Assembly (NCBI GenBank): GCA_963851445.1
Contig: CAWKPH010000001.1
Span: 425,363-489,362 of the forward strand
Direction: 5' to 3'
From: an uncultured bacterium
GTDB taxonomy: Bacteria; Patescibacteriota; Minisyncoccia; Phycocordibacterales; Phycocordibacteraceae
DNA length: 64,000 nt
Part shown: in pieces, positions 40,550 through 52,393 of the stretch
Layout of the letters: each line of letters begins with the position of its first letter
Position numbering within the stretch: the first letter of the stretch is position 1
Made by a program: the position numbers and the translations under genes
Notes under the pieces: generated by a model
The model's database searches: none
Told to the model about the DNA's origin: nothing
The model's input: the letters and a program-made list of their open reading frames with translations, nothing else

Positions 40550-40777
40550 GTGGAATTCTTTGCAGCTTTGAAGCATCACTGGGAAAAGAGAAATCCGGAC
40601 GAGAAGCTCACCTACACCTTCGGCACCATCTGTCGAAACGGCAGGGGCGATGAGAGGCTGGTGATCGGCATCCAGCCGCAGAAGAAAGGCAAGCCAACAT
40701 ACGAGTACATGTCGGATGATGGCAAGGTCGGTGCCTGCAACGAGTCGAGCATGAGCACTTGGATGGAGAAAAAATAA
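40550..40777 (+). CDS. hypothetical phage protein (5' boundary uncertain; frame is open upstream to about 40346 with no in-frame ATG)
   Basis: Track ORF starts at GTG. Protein-like sequence continues upstream. An ATG at about 40359 lies in another frame, so a frameshift or non-ATG start is possible. Confidence 0.3.
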   Translation: MEFFAALKHHWEKRNPDEKLTYTFGTICRNGRGDERLVIGIQPQKKGKPTYEYMSDDGKVGACNESSMSTWMEKK

Positions 40778-40778
40778 T

Positions 40779-42091
40779 ATGCAAATCACCGACGTAAAAA
40801 AATACGACAAGAACGCCAAGGAGCATCCGGGCTTTCAACTCGAGAAGATCGCCTCGAGCATCAAGGCCTTCGGATGCAAGCAGCCCATCGTGCTGGACAA
40901 GGACAGCGTGATCGTCGTCGGCCACGGCCGATTCATCGCAATGACTGAGCTGCTCGGGTACACGCTCATGGAGCAAAAGGCTTATACCAAAAAGGGCGAG
41001 CCGGTCATCCCGTATGTCATGGTCGACGACCTAACCGAAGATGAGATCAAGGCCTACCGGATAGCGGACAACCAGCTGAACGCGATCACCGGCCAAGACA
41101 TGACGCTCATCATCGACGAGCTCAAATATCTCGACACGGCAGGCTTCGACATCACGCTCACCGGCTTCGACCGCGACATCATTATCGAGGATGACGATAA
41201 AGACGACACGCTGCCAGAGACGCCGGTCCAGCCGAAAAGCGCACTCGGCGACGTGTACCAGCTCGGTCCGCACACCATCACCTGCGGAGACTCAACCGAC
41301 GAGGATGCGTGGAAAAAAGCAATGCAGGGACGCAAGGCCGACTGCGTATTCACCGATCCTCCATACAACGTGAACTACTCGGGCCGCGGAAAGAAAACCA
41401 GCGAAGGAATCATGAATGACGACATGGACGCTGCGTCCTTCGATACGTTCCTCGAGGGAGCATTCGGACAGATTGCCGACGTGGCAAAAGCGGGAGCAGG
41501 CTGGTATGTGTTCCACTCGACCTCAACGCAAGCACAATTCGAAAAGGCGCTCAAAAAATACGGCATGGCGATCCGTAACCAACTCATCTGGAACAAGCCA
41601 ACGGCCTCGATGGGATGGGGCGACTACCGCTGGAAGCACGAGCCGTTCTTCTACGCATCAAAAGAGGGAACAGAAACTGTCTTTTATGGCGATCGGACAC
41701 ACTCGACGATCATCGATTTTCAAGACAGCGAGCAGAAGCTACTCAATTGGGCAAAGCGACAAAAGAAACTCGAAGCCGAAGGAAAGCTCACGATATGGAC
41801 GATGAAGCGCGACGCGTAAACGAGTATCAGCATCCGACGCAGAAGCCAGTCGAGCTCATCACCTACGCGCTCTTCAACAGCTCAAAGGCCGAGGACTTAA
41901 TCGTCGATCCGTTCCTCGGCAGCGGCAGCACGCTCATCGCCTGCCAAAAGACCGGCCGTGTATGCGCCGGCATAGAGCTCGATCCGAAGTTTGTCGACGT
42001 GATCGTCCAGCGCTGGGTCGACTACACGCAGATCGAGCAGGTAATCCGGAATGGCCAATCCGAAACTTGGCCAGATAACACAGACCACTGA
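40779..42091 (+). CDS. ParB-like nuclease domain / N6-adenine or N4-cytosine DNA methyltransferase fusion, split by a +1 frameshift near 41800
   Basis: ParBc (VVGHGRFIAM). DPPY motif (FTDPPYNVNYSG) in 40779..41819. Motifs HPTQKP and DPFLGSGSTLIACQKTGR (FxGxG) continue in frame +1 (track ORF 41615..42091). Confidence 0.65.
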
Positions 42092-42268
42092 ATAATAAAG
42101 ACCAACTCCTCCTGAAATCGCCGGGAACAGGACCAAGAACAGGCACGGCAGGCTAACGCCGGTCCTGATAATACAGGAAAAATACAGGAGAGAGACGATG
42201 CCGGCAGGTTCAAATCAGGACATTCCGGCAATCCTTCCGGCCGCCCTCAAGGAGCAAAAAACATTCGA

Positions 42269-42679
42269 ATGCGCCTCAAAGACGGCCTCGCCGTACTCGG
42301 TGCGAAAGACGCTCAAGGCAATCCATTACCGCTTGAGGAGGCACTCTCACAGAAGATGATAAAAATGGCGCTCGACGGCGATCACAAAATGATTCAGCTC
42401 ATTCTGTATTACCTCGAGGGCAAGCCGCCGCAGTCGATCGACATCACAAGCAAAGGCGAACGCCTCGAGGGAACAGTTTATCTTGGCGAGGACGCCGACT
42501 TGAGGATCGACCGGATATTCGGCTTCCGAAAACTCCTCGCCGACAAGGTGGGGCAGATAGACAAGGACCATGCAAATAATCAACGACCAGCAACTGAAAG
42601 CAACGGCTCCGATAACCGAGGAAGGACTGAACTTCCTGAGAACGGAGCCGGTGGAGGAACGCAAGAAGGCGCTGCGTAA
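42269..42679 (+). CDS. possible terminase small subunit
   Basis: Position immediately upstream of the large terminase. Helical N-terminal part. C-terminal 35 aa overlap the terminase start and may not be translated. Confidence 0.25.
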   Translation: MRLKDGLAVLGAKDAQGNPLPLEEALSQKMIKMALDGDHKMIQLILYYLEGKPPQSIDITSKGERLEGTVYLGEDADLRIDRIFGFRKLLADKVGQIDKDHANNQRPATESNGSDNRGRTELPENGAGGGTQEGAA

Positions 42680-44234
42680 GCACTTCGGCTACTTCGTTCT
42701 TTACTACCTCCAGCATTACATCTGGAGCGACTTCGCGCCGTTCCACTACGAGATGATGAGCAGACGTGCATGACCTCCTCGATTTCAAGATACGCGAGCT
42801 CGCATGGTTCATGTTCGGCGAAAGCGCAAAGACGAGCTTCGCAAAAGCACTCATCCTCTACATGATCGTCTACGACATGGAGCCTTACATCAATGCTCGA
42901 CACTTTCGATAGCACGAACTCGGAAAGCGCTACTCTTCGACGTGGTGCTGGGAATTGCAGACGAACAGCCGCATCATTGAGGACTTCGGACGAGATATAC
43001 AACACGACAAGGTACCAAAGATCGAGGTAACGCAGAAGCGAATCAAAGACTTCATCACGAACCCTGAGAGTGACGATGAGCAGGGCGAATATCTCAAAGC
43101 CGGAATCCGTGTAGAAGCACACAGCACGCAAGAGAGTGTACGAGGTCGCGTGCACGGAGCGATGCGTCCAGGTTTCGTGCTGCTCGATGACTTCGAAACA
43201 AAGAAGACTCTCAAAAGCGAAGCATCAACAAATCAAATACCATACGCACATACAAGAATTCAAACGAGGTCTCGATTCGAGCAGGCGAAGGGTCATGTAT
43301 CTCGGTAATATCCTAAGCGAATACGGAAACGTGCAAAGCGTCATCGAGCGATCGAAACACGACCCCGAGCTGCGGGTACGAGTAGTGCCGATCTGCCAAG
43401 GGGATCTTGTGACCGGATTGCACACACCCACATGGCCGGAGCGGTGGGTGATTACCGATGTAGAAACTGAAACGACAGGTAAAGTCAGCATCGAGTTCGA
43501 AGCGTCGTGCCATGTGGACCCAAGAAGAAGGTGACATGGACTTCCAGGCGGAAATGCTCTGCCAGCCAATCGACGAAGCAAAGGCGATATTCAAGCGAGA
43601 ATGGTTCACTCCGATCACTTGGGATGCGCTGATGCAAAAGAAAGTCGCAGCATATGTCACGATCGACACTCCAAGCAGCAGAGACGGCGTAGAGAGCAAA
43701 GACGGAGACTTCGTCGGTTTCTGCATCAACTGGATGGACAGAGAAGGCAAGTGGCATCTGAAAGCGTGGAGAGAAAAGCTCGGTCCGACAGCGACTCATT
43801 GAAAAGATGTTCGGCATTCCAAACTTTTCTCGTCCAAGCAGGCACTCCAATCCAAAGAATCGGCATGGGAAGACACTGCATTCACTCGCGGGCTTGAGCC
43901 GATGCTCCGACAGGAGCAGAGAATGCGTCAAACATTCCTGCATCTGATGTGGCTCAAACACGGAGGTCGCTCAAAAGAAGATCGTATACGCACCGGACTT
44001 TTATATCGATACGAAACTCGAAGTATTTTCCATCTTCAAGGCGAATGCAGGGACCTTGAAAACGAATTGATGCGCTTTCCTGAATCTCCGCATGACGATA
44101 CAAGCGATGCGACTGCCTACCAAAGCGACATTGCACGACCAGCAGGAACTGAAAAGCCGCGCGATATCCGACCGGAACCTCTCGCTACGATCGACACCGC
44201 CTACGGCAGAGTGACGTCCAGCATACGAGCCTGA
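42570..44234 (+). pseudogene. terminase large subunit, fragmented over at least 5 reading-frame segments with in-frame stops
   Basis: Segments in order: FHYEMM N-terminus. ELAWFMFGESAKT (Walker-A-like). RPGFVLLDDFE (Walker B). VAAYVTIDTPSSRDG...DGDFVGFCINWMDREGKWHL (RNaseH-like nuclease). C-terminal HDDTSDATAY. Frames 0/1/1/2/0/0 with TAG at about 42906 and TGA at about 43800. Confidence 0.6.
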
Positions 44235-44282
44235 TGAGATTTATGATTTACCGCCGCAATATCCCGATATTGGCATCTAAAA

Positions 44283-44313
44283 TCAATACCTACCGAAATG
44301 ATTTTTTTTGATT
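44283..44313 (+). promoter_or_regulatory. conserved phage intergenic motif copy 1 (AATACCTACCGA + T-run)
   Basis: caatacctaccgaaatgattttttttg, 42 nt upstream of the portal start. Confidence 0.45.
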
Positions 44314-44326
44314 CTATCCTTACAAT

Positions 44327-46349
44327 ATGTCACTAGTTAAACCAAAGGTCAGAGACGATCTGGCAAAGCAATCTCTCAAAGAGATCGACTATTCCTACCG
44401 ATACAAGAAGGCTCGCATGAGCTCGTGGAATAAGAACGAGGACATGATGAATCCCGATCGAGCAGTCGCGCACGTAATCTCACCATTCGGCGCAGGCTTG
44501 CAAGCTGACACTCGCACACAAGTCCCACTCTACAAGATGCACGGGTTCGTCCAAACGATTCTCTCGAAGATTGACAACCCTCTCACGTTCAAATACGTAA
44601 AAGGCGAAGCAGCCGACACCAAGAAGGCAAACCTGATGAATGCGATCAAGGAAAAAGATGCGCAGACAGGCAGATGGAATTTCAAAGACCTCATGGGCAA
44701 GAAGAGATGCCGCGGTCTACGGCCGAACGATTTATCTCTACATGAGCCGAAGCGTCAAAGGTGTTTATAAAAGCCTCTTGAGTCTGATCGATCCGAAGGA
44801 CTTTCTCATCGATCCCGACGTCGGTGGACTATGCACTGAAGAAGATGATGGAAGCGGGGTCGAGAAGGCCAGCTACATGGGATGGTGGAATACGAAACTC
44901 ACTCGCGCCCAGCTTTTGCAGGGAGTGAAAGACGGCATTTATTACAAGTCAGTCGTCCAAACTATTCTCGATTCGGGCAGCAATTCAACTACGAAGACTC
45001 CGCAGGATATCGATAAAGACAATCGCAAAATCAATGGCGCACCTCGGGAACGATTCAAGAGTGGCAATCAGTTTATTTTCTATACATGGATCACGACCGA
45101 CGAGGATGATGATCGCTACTATCTGGTCCTTACGCCTTCCGGCGAATGCGTGCGCTGCGAACCTTGGACTGACATTCGAAAGAGCGGAAAGTATCCGATT
45201 TGGACATGGGCAGCATTCCCTGATCCTCGCGAATTCTGGACGCCATCATACTGTGACTTTGCTCGAGGCATCTTCATGGCACAGGAAAAGAGCATTAACC
45301 AGTCACTCGATAACTCCGAGCAGATCAATCGACCTCAGACTGCAGTCAACGTCGACTATGTCCGCAATCTTGCGCAGGTTCGCTACCGAAAGGACGGCTA
45401 CATCGAGATCGAAGGAAACATCGACGTCAACAAAGTGCTTCAGACGCGACAGACTCCGCCGATTCAAGGTCCCTTCATGGTTTACGACAAACTCGAGTCA
45501 ATCGTCGAAGTGGAAAGCGGTGTCACGGCCGACGTGAAGGGTGTGAGCGATGAAGACACTCTCGGCATTTACGAAGGCAACCTTGCACAAGCAGGCGATC
45601 GCTTCGGACTTTTGAATAAAAGCTACGCCGAAGGATACTACCGCTTTGCCGTTCTGCACAAAGAGGGCGTCATGCAGGACTTGAAAAGAAAGATGGCAGT
45701 CAAGATTGCCGGTCCAATGGGTCTTCAGATTGAAGAAGTCACTTCCAAAGACCTCAAGCCTTACAGCACCGACTATGACATTCTCGTCGAGTCCTCAATT
45801 GCCGAAGCACAAAGCAATCTCGCCGACAGCAAGAACAAACTCACATTCCTCGGAGCATACAAAGACGACCAGAACGTAAATCAAAAGGTTCTCTTTGAAA
45901 CGCAGGCATCAATCGCAGGAATTGATGACGACACAATCAAACGACTTCTCGACATGAGCGATTATGATGCAGTCGAAACACTCGCTGAAGCCGATGAAGC
46001 ATTCCAAATCATTATCGGTGGCGATGATGCGCCTCTCTACAAAGACGCGACGACTGGATTCGTCCAGCATCTCGTTGACCTCTCCGAAAAGTACGATTAC
46101 GAACTCACTCCCGAGCAACATGCTGCAGTGTTTGCCTACATCGAGAAGATGATGCCGATCGCTCAGCAGAATGCCGCTCGGTCCGTGAGTATGCAGATGG
46201 CCAAAGCAGGCTTGATCAGTGGGAATGGTGGCGGTGCTCCGGTCGAGAGCGGTCCGACACTTGAAAATCCTGACCTTCAATCCAATGGCTCTGCGCCGAT
46301 CGGTGACCCCAACATGGCAGTAGCGGAAAACGCCGCCTTGTCGGGGTGA
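44327..46349 (+). CDS. putative portal protein (frameshift in 44640-44770)
   Basis: Gene following terminase. Two overlapping track ORFs (44327..44770, 44640..46349) both with protein-like sequence. Size about 670 aa. Confidence 0.4.
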
Positions 46350-46734
46350 GCGGAATTATAAAAATTAATTATTAAAATTATGTCTGAATCAAACAAAGTA
46401 AAGTTTGTAGAAAATAACGGTAAGTGGATGCTGGAAGCGCTATGACGGGCAGGCTCGGTCATTTTCCGAAGCCCTGCATTCAAACCGAGCACGAAGCTCG
46501 TGAGGATTACGAGGCGAATGGCGACAAGCCTCAGGAATCAACTCCGCTCAAGATGAATCTTCAAACACACTAACGCTTCTGCCGAATCCAATCGTCGCAG
46601 GTACTGCGGCACCCGAAGGCGACACAAACGCCGGATCTGCATCAGCCGACCAAGGTTCATACAATCTAAACCCATGCTCAAATTCTCCTACCAAGTAAAA
46701 AAGAAGAGCGAAAGACAAAGGCGACTTTCGTATC

Positions 46735-47049
46735 GTGAAGCACGGACAGGTTGCTGAGTTTTCTCTGCGCGAGCTTGCTCGAAATATTGAGCAAGTGAAG
46801 AAGCAGGCAAAAGAAATGGAAGCGAATGCAAAGCTTCAGGAATCACTCGCTGAGAATATCCGCAGAGCGAATCCTGATCTTGTCGCTTACATGAAAAAGC
46901 TCACGCCTAAAAAGCGCTTCACTCTCACCATGCTTGCGATTCAGGAGAATAAAGCGCGACAATTTAAGAGTCAGGAAAAGGAATCGAAAGGTATCCTCCG
47001 CACACTGGTCGAGGAAAACAAGGAAGTCCGTAAGCAACTCAAAATATGA
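46735..47049 (+). CDS. hypothetical coiled-coil phage protein (GTG start)
   Basis: Charged helical 104-aa product. Confidence 0.3.
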   Translation: MKHGQVAEFSLRELARNIEQVKKQAKEMEANAKLQESLAENIRRANPDLVAYMKKLTPKKRFTLTMLAIQENKARQFKSQEKESKGILRTLVEENKEVRKQLKI

Positions 47050-47420
47050 GCGACATAGAAAAAATGCGAAAGGAACTCACGGGTCCGCACAATGCTCTCA
47101 AAGAAACGGAGCAGGAGGAACGTGAGCAGACCGGCGAAAGGGTAGAGGAGCTGAAAAAAGATATTGATATCACTCAAGACCTCGTATCGTGGACGAAGAC
47201 TCCCGCGGGCCAAGACACGATCAATAAACTCCGACATGAGGCGCGAAAGGCGATGAACGAAATGTTCTCCGTGCTCCATGAAAACCCCGAGCTTGCGAAG
47301 CTGATATCCGTCGTCGCTCGTTTTGAGGCGACAGTCCAGATGACCAAACGCTTCACAGGAGCTGAAGACGACCTCGATATTCTTCTCGATGAACTCGCCA
47401 GAAAACGGCCTAGCGCTTAG
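47046..47420 (+). CDS. hypothetical phage head-assembly-region protein
   Basis: ATGA overlap. Acidic helical protein. Confidence 0.3.
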   Translation: MSDIEKMRKELTGPHNALKETEQEEREQTGERVEELKKDIDITQDLVSWTKTPAGQDTINKLRHEARKAMNEMFSVLHENPELAKLISVVARFEATVQMTKRFTGAEDDLDILLDELARKRPSA

Positions 47421-47475
47421 GCCAATTTGGCGAGAATAAAGAAAAGATAAAGAAAAAGTAAAGAAATTATCAAGA

Positions 47476-47506
47476 AAAACCGCTGAGAAATCGGTGGTTT
47501 TTCTTT
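47476..47506 (+). terminator. putative terminator hairpin
   Basis: aaaaaccgctgagaaatcggtggttttt followed by tctttgg. Confidence 0.35.
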
Positions 47507-47512
47507 GGAAAT

Positions 47513-47543
47513 TGAATACCTACCGATTTTATTTTTTTCGCCA
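47513..47543 (+). promoter_or_regulatory. conserved phage intergenic motif copy 2
   Basis: ttgaatacctaccgattttatttttttcgcc, upstream of the scaffold gene. Confidence 0.45.
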
Positions 47544-47654
47544 ATAGACTACATCGGCATAGAGGGGCCAACCTCTTTTATTAAAAGGTAATTGCGCGAC
47601 TGTCCGGCGTTCAATCAGGACACGATGGGGCGAAACCATCGAAATAAAAACGTT

Positions 47655-48540
47655 ATGCCAGAACCAAAATCAAAGGATGCAGCTCCTGCCGACGATAAGT
47701 CGCAAAAGCCTGCGGAGGGATCAAAGCCTGATAACAAGGGCGATGGCAAAGGTGCCGACTCCAAATCGATCGCAGAAATCGCAGGTGCATCAGCCGATTC
47801 AAAGGACGGCAAGCCTAAAGAAGGCGATGAGAAGGACACTCTCATAGTCGACCTCAAGAAAGAGAATCGGGAGATGAAGAAGATGATCCGCGACGAAGTC
47901 ATCCCTACGATCCGCCAGCTCCAAGAGGACGTGAAGCGCGGAAGTACGAGCGCCGGTGAAGCCGGAGACGAGCTGGATGCGCTCGCAAAGGAGTGGAAGC
48001 TCGATCCGAAATTTGTCCAAAAGCTATCGGGCATTCTCCTCAACAAGTCCAAGAAGCAATTCGAAGACGAGTACCTTTCAGACATCAAGGACATCAAGTC
48101 GAAGACCGACGCGCAGTCAAAGCAGATCAACAACGCACAGATCACCGCGGCAATCTCGAAAGAGTTTGACCGAGTTGTCGGTGCTGACTCTGATCTTGCC
48201 AAGGTCGCCAAAAAGGAAGCCGTGAGGAAGTACATCATGTCGAGCGAGGAAAACCTCAACCGATCGATGGAAGACATCCTCGAGGAACTCTATGGCGATA
48301 CCGACAAAGGCTCTGCAGGCATGGAGGGCTACAGCTCTCAGGGCGGAAATCATCCGAAGGAACCGGACTACACAGCTCCGACCGACGATGACAATCGCCG
48401 CATTGCCGAATCTCGAGTGAATCGTGGAGCCGGAATTCGAAAAGTATCAGGACAGCCTGATCGGCCGACTGACTCACAAGTCTCGACACCGAAAGAATTG
48501 ATGAATGAAAGGGCATTTACCACTTTAATTTTAAAAATAA
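47655..48540 (+). CDS. putative scaffolding protein
   Basis: Highly charged Lys/Asp/Glu-rich coiled-coil protein directly upstream of the capsid gene. The open frame runs on to 48668, overlapping the capsid start, so the end is uncertain. Confidence 0.35.
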
Positions 48541-49751
48541 ATGTCCCTAGTAACATTCAAAGAGCAATTCGACAACGCCTATCAGGCGGTGTTCGACAAA
48601 GTGCTCGTGGCGATGGAAATCGCCAACACGCGACTCGAACAGCAGCTCACCTACGGAGCTTCTGTTAAGCGCGTGAAGTACGCACTCGCTCCGATCCGAG
48701 TACGCAACATCACGATCGGACAGAACCGAACCATTGACCAGCTCAATGACTCGGGCGAAACCCTTCTGGTCAACAAGAACAAGGGTTCAGACTTCCGTAT
48801 TTCCCGAAAGGAAATGGTTCAGGCAGGCCCACTGAATCCAGCCGAATCAATCGGCTCCGAAGTCGCAAAGAAGCTCTCTCGCTACATCGATGCTGACGTC
48901 TTCGCGGAAGTGAAGAACGCGCTTCAGACATTCGATACCGGCGACCTCACCACGATGGCTTCAAGCGGAACGCCGATCACGCTCTCGACAACGAACGTGC
49001 CTCAGCTTCTCGCACAGGGTCGCGCAAAGCTGCGCCGTGGCAACCAAGACCTCACAAGTCTTGCGATCGTTCTCGACAGCTATGGTGGCTCGGTGATCGA
49101 GCAGTACGTCATGTCGAAGAACATCGACCTTGCAGGTGCCGCATTCCAGAACGGCTATGCCGGTCCGGTCGGCGGTGCGGAGCTTTACCTCTCCGAGAAC
49201 CTGCTCGCGGAAGCAGTCATCACGATGGCGTCGAATCCTACGAACGGCCAGACCTTCTCGGTCAACGGATTCGTGTACACCTTCGTGTCGTCTCTTGGCT
49301 CAACGCCAGGTAACGTCCTCATCGACACCGGCACCGGAGTTGATGTAACCCGCGACAACCTGATTGATGCACTCCTTCAGGATGCGGCAACAGCAGGCGT
49401 GAAGTATGTCGCATGGACTGACGTCGATCCGAACTACGACCAGTCGAACTGGGTCGACCTTCAGATCGCGCAGTCGACAACGACACGACTGACCAGATCA
49501 CGCTCACTGGAACTGGCTCAGGTCGTCTCGCATTCGGCGGAACGGCAACCTACACCATCACCTCGAACCTCGTTCACGCCTACTACGGTAAGAAGGGTGC
49601 GATCGACGTGGTCATCCAAGACCTCGCCGAGATGGAAATGGTCGACGATCCGTACCAGCGTGCGAAGATCGTCCGCGCCGATGCGATCTACGGCATCAAG
49701 ACGTTCGCCGACGGAAGACCTCAATTCCTCGACGTACATCTTCAGTCTTAA
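48541..49751 (+). CDS. putative major capsid protein, frameshifted near 49480
   Basis: Protein-like through ...WVDLQIAQS, then Arg/Ser-rich nonsense. The coherent C-terminus (DNDTTDQITLTGTG...IDVVIQDLAEMEMVDDPYQRAKIVRADAIYGIKTF...) is in frame +2 ending TAA about 49751. Confidence 0.45.
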
Positions 49752-49829
49752 AGCCTCACTGACCCGAGATTCGCTCGGGCTCAGTGCCAGACGCAGGGCT
49801 AATCCTGCTTCTGGCAGCTGAGAAAATAT

Positions 49830-50451
49830 ATGGCAACACCACTAACCGGAGAACAAATTATTGAGCGCTTCGAACTCTACACCGACGACACTACGGAGTT
49901 GTCGACCGATGAAGAACTCGAGGTTGCCAATGACAAGCTGCGACTCATCTACATGGAGCAGCCGTGGGAATTTCTTCGCCGAAATAAATCAGGAACTGTT
50001 GAGAGTGACGGAAAGATATCTACCCCAACTGACTTCGACGAATTCATGGAAAATTATGCCGACGATTCCGATATCCCGAACATGAAAGTGGTCTATATCG
50101 GCAACGGAGCTCCTTACATTGTCATTCCGATGGGGCAGAGCAATGCCGACAGTACAGCAATGTCCTGCTGGCTCGATCCCTGCGGACAACAAGATAAACT
50201 TTTCGCAGAGTCCTGGTACAGGCACTCCGTATCAATTCGATTACAAGACAAGTCCCGACGACATCACTGCTGACACGTCGCCAGCGCTTCCTGCCGAATA
50301 TCATCCGATGGTCGTCTTCCTGATGCTTATCGATGAAGAAATTATCAAGAAGTCGGAAAAAGCGCGCAGCAACATGCAGGACAATGCGGTGCAGTACCAG
50401 ACCTATCTTAAAAACCTGAAGCTCCGAGATGCACGCTTCAAACTTTCATAA
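49830..50451 (+). CDS. hypothetical virion protein, frameshifted near 50150
   Basis: Track ORFs 49830..50273 and 50119..50451 are both protein-like and overlapping. Confidence 0.35.
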
Positions 50452-52352
50452 TATGGCAGACTTTCCAATCACAGTTTTTCAATCGGGAGTGCACAATCGA
50501 GAAGACGTCGAGGATACGCCGAAAGACAGCGCACAAGATGAGCTCAACTGGATCACTATCGACGGAAGAATAGAACTTGCGCGAGGAAAAGTGACTATCG
50601 GACCCGAAGGTGCGGCAGGATCATGTCCGACAATTCATATCGGCTACAAAGTGAACGGCGTCTCGATCCTTTGGAGAAAAATAAGTACGAAAATTCAATA
50701 CTATAACGGCTCGGCATGGGTCGATGTTGTCACTGGCCTTAATGCTTCCGACAATTACGTCTTTTCAAACTACAGCTCGCTCACTGGAGCCTATACATTT
50801 GCTGGCGGTCCAGGTGGACTCTTTAAATTCGCTAATGCCAATCCGAACAATTACATTCAGCTCTACACCTCTACCGATTTTTTTTGCGGATATCCTCTTA
50901 TCGACAAAGCCCGAATGTATCTCTGGGGAATCATCAAAGACCAGACATCTCTTTATCGAAGTCATATCGATGCGCAACGTGCCGGCACGAGCTTCACTCA
51001 GGTAAGCAATGAAAATCTTGCAAGCGGAAACGGAGTGCTAAGGACTTTCAGCGGAGTTCTTTCATTCAAGGCAAGCAATGCGAAAGCAAACTGCGGACTG
51101 GTGACGATAAAATCAGTCGACGCAGGCGGAGAGATATTTACTGACGACAAAAACGGAAACCTGAAGGGAAGTGCAGGAGGAACCGGCACGATAAACTATA
51201 TTACCGGCGCATGGAGCGTGACTTTCGTGACTGTTCCTTCAAATACCTCGAACAATATTCAAGCGACTTATGTCTGGGAAGACAGCACAGCAAAGGTGTT
51301 GCCGATTTCACTTCAGCTCTCCTCGAGCGGCAGCAGAAGGCGACGTGATCCGACAAGACGAAGGAGGTGATGCTATCCAGCAGCTCGTTATCGGTATCGA
51401 CGGCAACTATTACTCGCTCAAAAAGCAGAGTGCATACCAGCATAAATATAGCGACGACGACACGACCTTCAACAACGAAATCGTTCGTAGAAACATCGGT
51501 ATTCTTACGCGCAAGAGCTCAGTGGCAACCGGCCGAGGCGTCGTGTTCATCAACACCGCAAATCCTGACCGACCACAGCTCACGGTCCTCGAAAAAGACC
51601 CGCTCGGCGATGACATTCTCGCAACCGAACTCATTCCGCACTTTGCATGGGAAAACTACGACTACTCCGATGCGGTCATGGAAACATACGGACAATTTAT
51701 CGTTCTTTCCTGCAAGTCGCAGGACAACGACGTCAACGATCGAATGCTCATCATCGATATCACGCGCGAGACTGTCGACATCACGAACTACGGAATGAAG
51801 TCACTCATGCGAGACAGCGGATTCCTATATGCCGGCAGTCCTCACACCGAGACTGTCTACAAAATCCTGAACGGATTCGATGACGACGGCTACGTTCTCC
51901 AAAACAACTGGGACAGCAAGGACGAGACATACGGAATATCTCGCCTCAAGAAATATCGCAGGCTCCGCTATCGAGGCCAGATCGATCCTGCTCAATATGT
52001 CGAGGTCTATGCCGATTATGACGGCGCCGGATACAACCTCGTCGGCACGATCAGAGGAGATGCGACTTATGTGAACCGAAGCAGCCCTTCGACTGTCGGT
52101 ACGACGATGGTGGGCGAGTCAGCAGTCGGAGGCGATGGAGAGGCGACTGTCTATCCATACGAAATGCAACTCAAGGCAGTCAAGATTCCCAAATTCCGCC
52201 GCCGAAGCATCCGCTTCATCGCCAAGGGAATCGGCTACGTGAGCATCATGGAATCGACCGATTGGGACATTTTGACCTACGAAGACAGGCTTCCAAAGGC
52301 CTTCAGGCAGAAAGAGCATGTCAGCCTCGACGGAAAGGAGGTAAACCAATGA
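50429..52352 (+). CDS. large virion structural protein (tail/tube candidate), frameshifted near 51320
   Basis: Track ORFs 50429..51370 and 51270..52352. Sequence coherent on both sides of the shift. Confidence 0.4.
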
Positions 52353-52381
52353 ATACCTACCGATTTTAATTTTTTCACATC
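52351..52381 (+). promoter_or_regulatory. conserved phage intergenic motif copy 3
   Basis: gaatacctaccgattttaattttttcacatc overlapping the TGA of the upstream gene, 43 nt before the tail-fibre gene. Confidence 0.45.
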
Positions 52382-52393
52382 AATACTTAAGCC

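Noticed and set aside
42269-42679. Treating the full 136-aa ORF as the small terminase
   Set aside because: The last about 35 codons overlap the large-terminase start and are Gly/Ala-rich read-through. Only the N-terminal about 100 aa look like a real protein, so the call is kept at low confidence.
42900-43805. In-frame TAG (about 42906) and TGA (about 43800) inside the terminase: possible stop-codon recoding (code 15/25-like) in the phage
   Set aside because: Neighbouring phage and host genes end cleanly at TAA, TAG and TGA (for example the GT4 at 2162-2164 TGA, gap TAA, portal TGA), and the same gene also has multiple true frame changes. Disruption is the simpler reading than recoding.
52336-52372. 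Strong SD (AAGGAGG) + ATG + 6-codon mini-ORF MNTYRF overlapping motif copy 3
   Set aside because: The ATG is part of the upstream gene's ...CAATGA stop context, and the NTYR peptide simply reflects the conserved DNA motif in all three copies. No evidence for a functional leader peptide.
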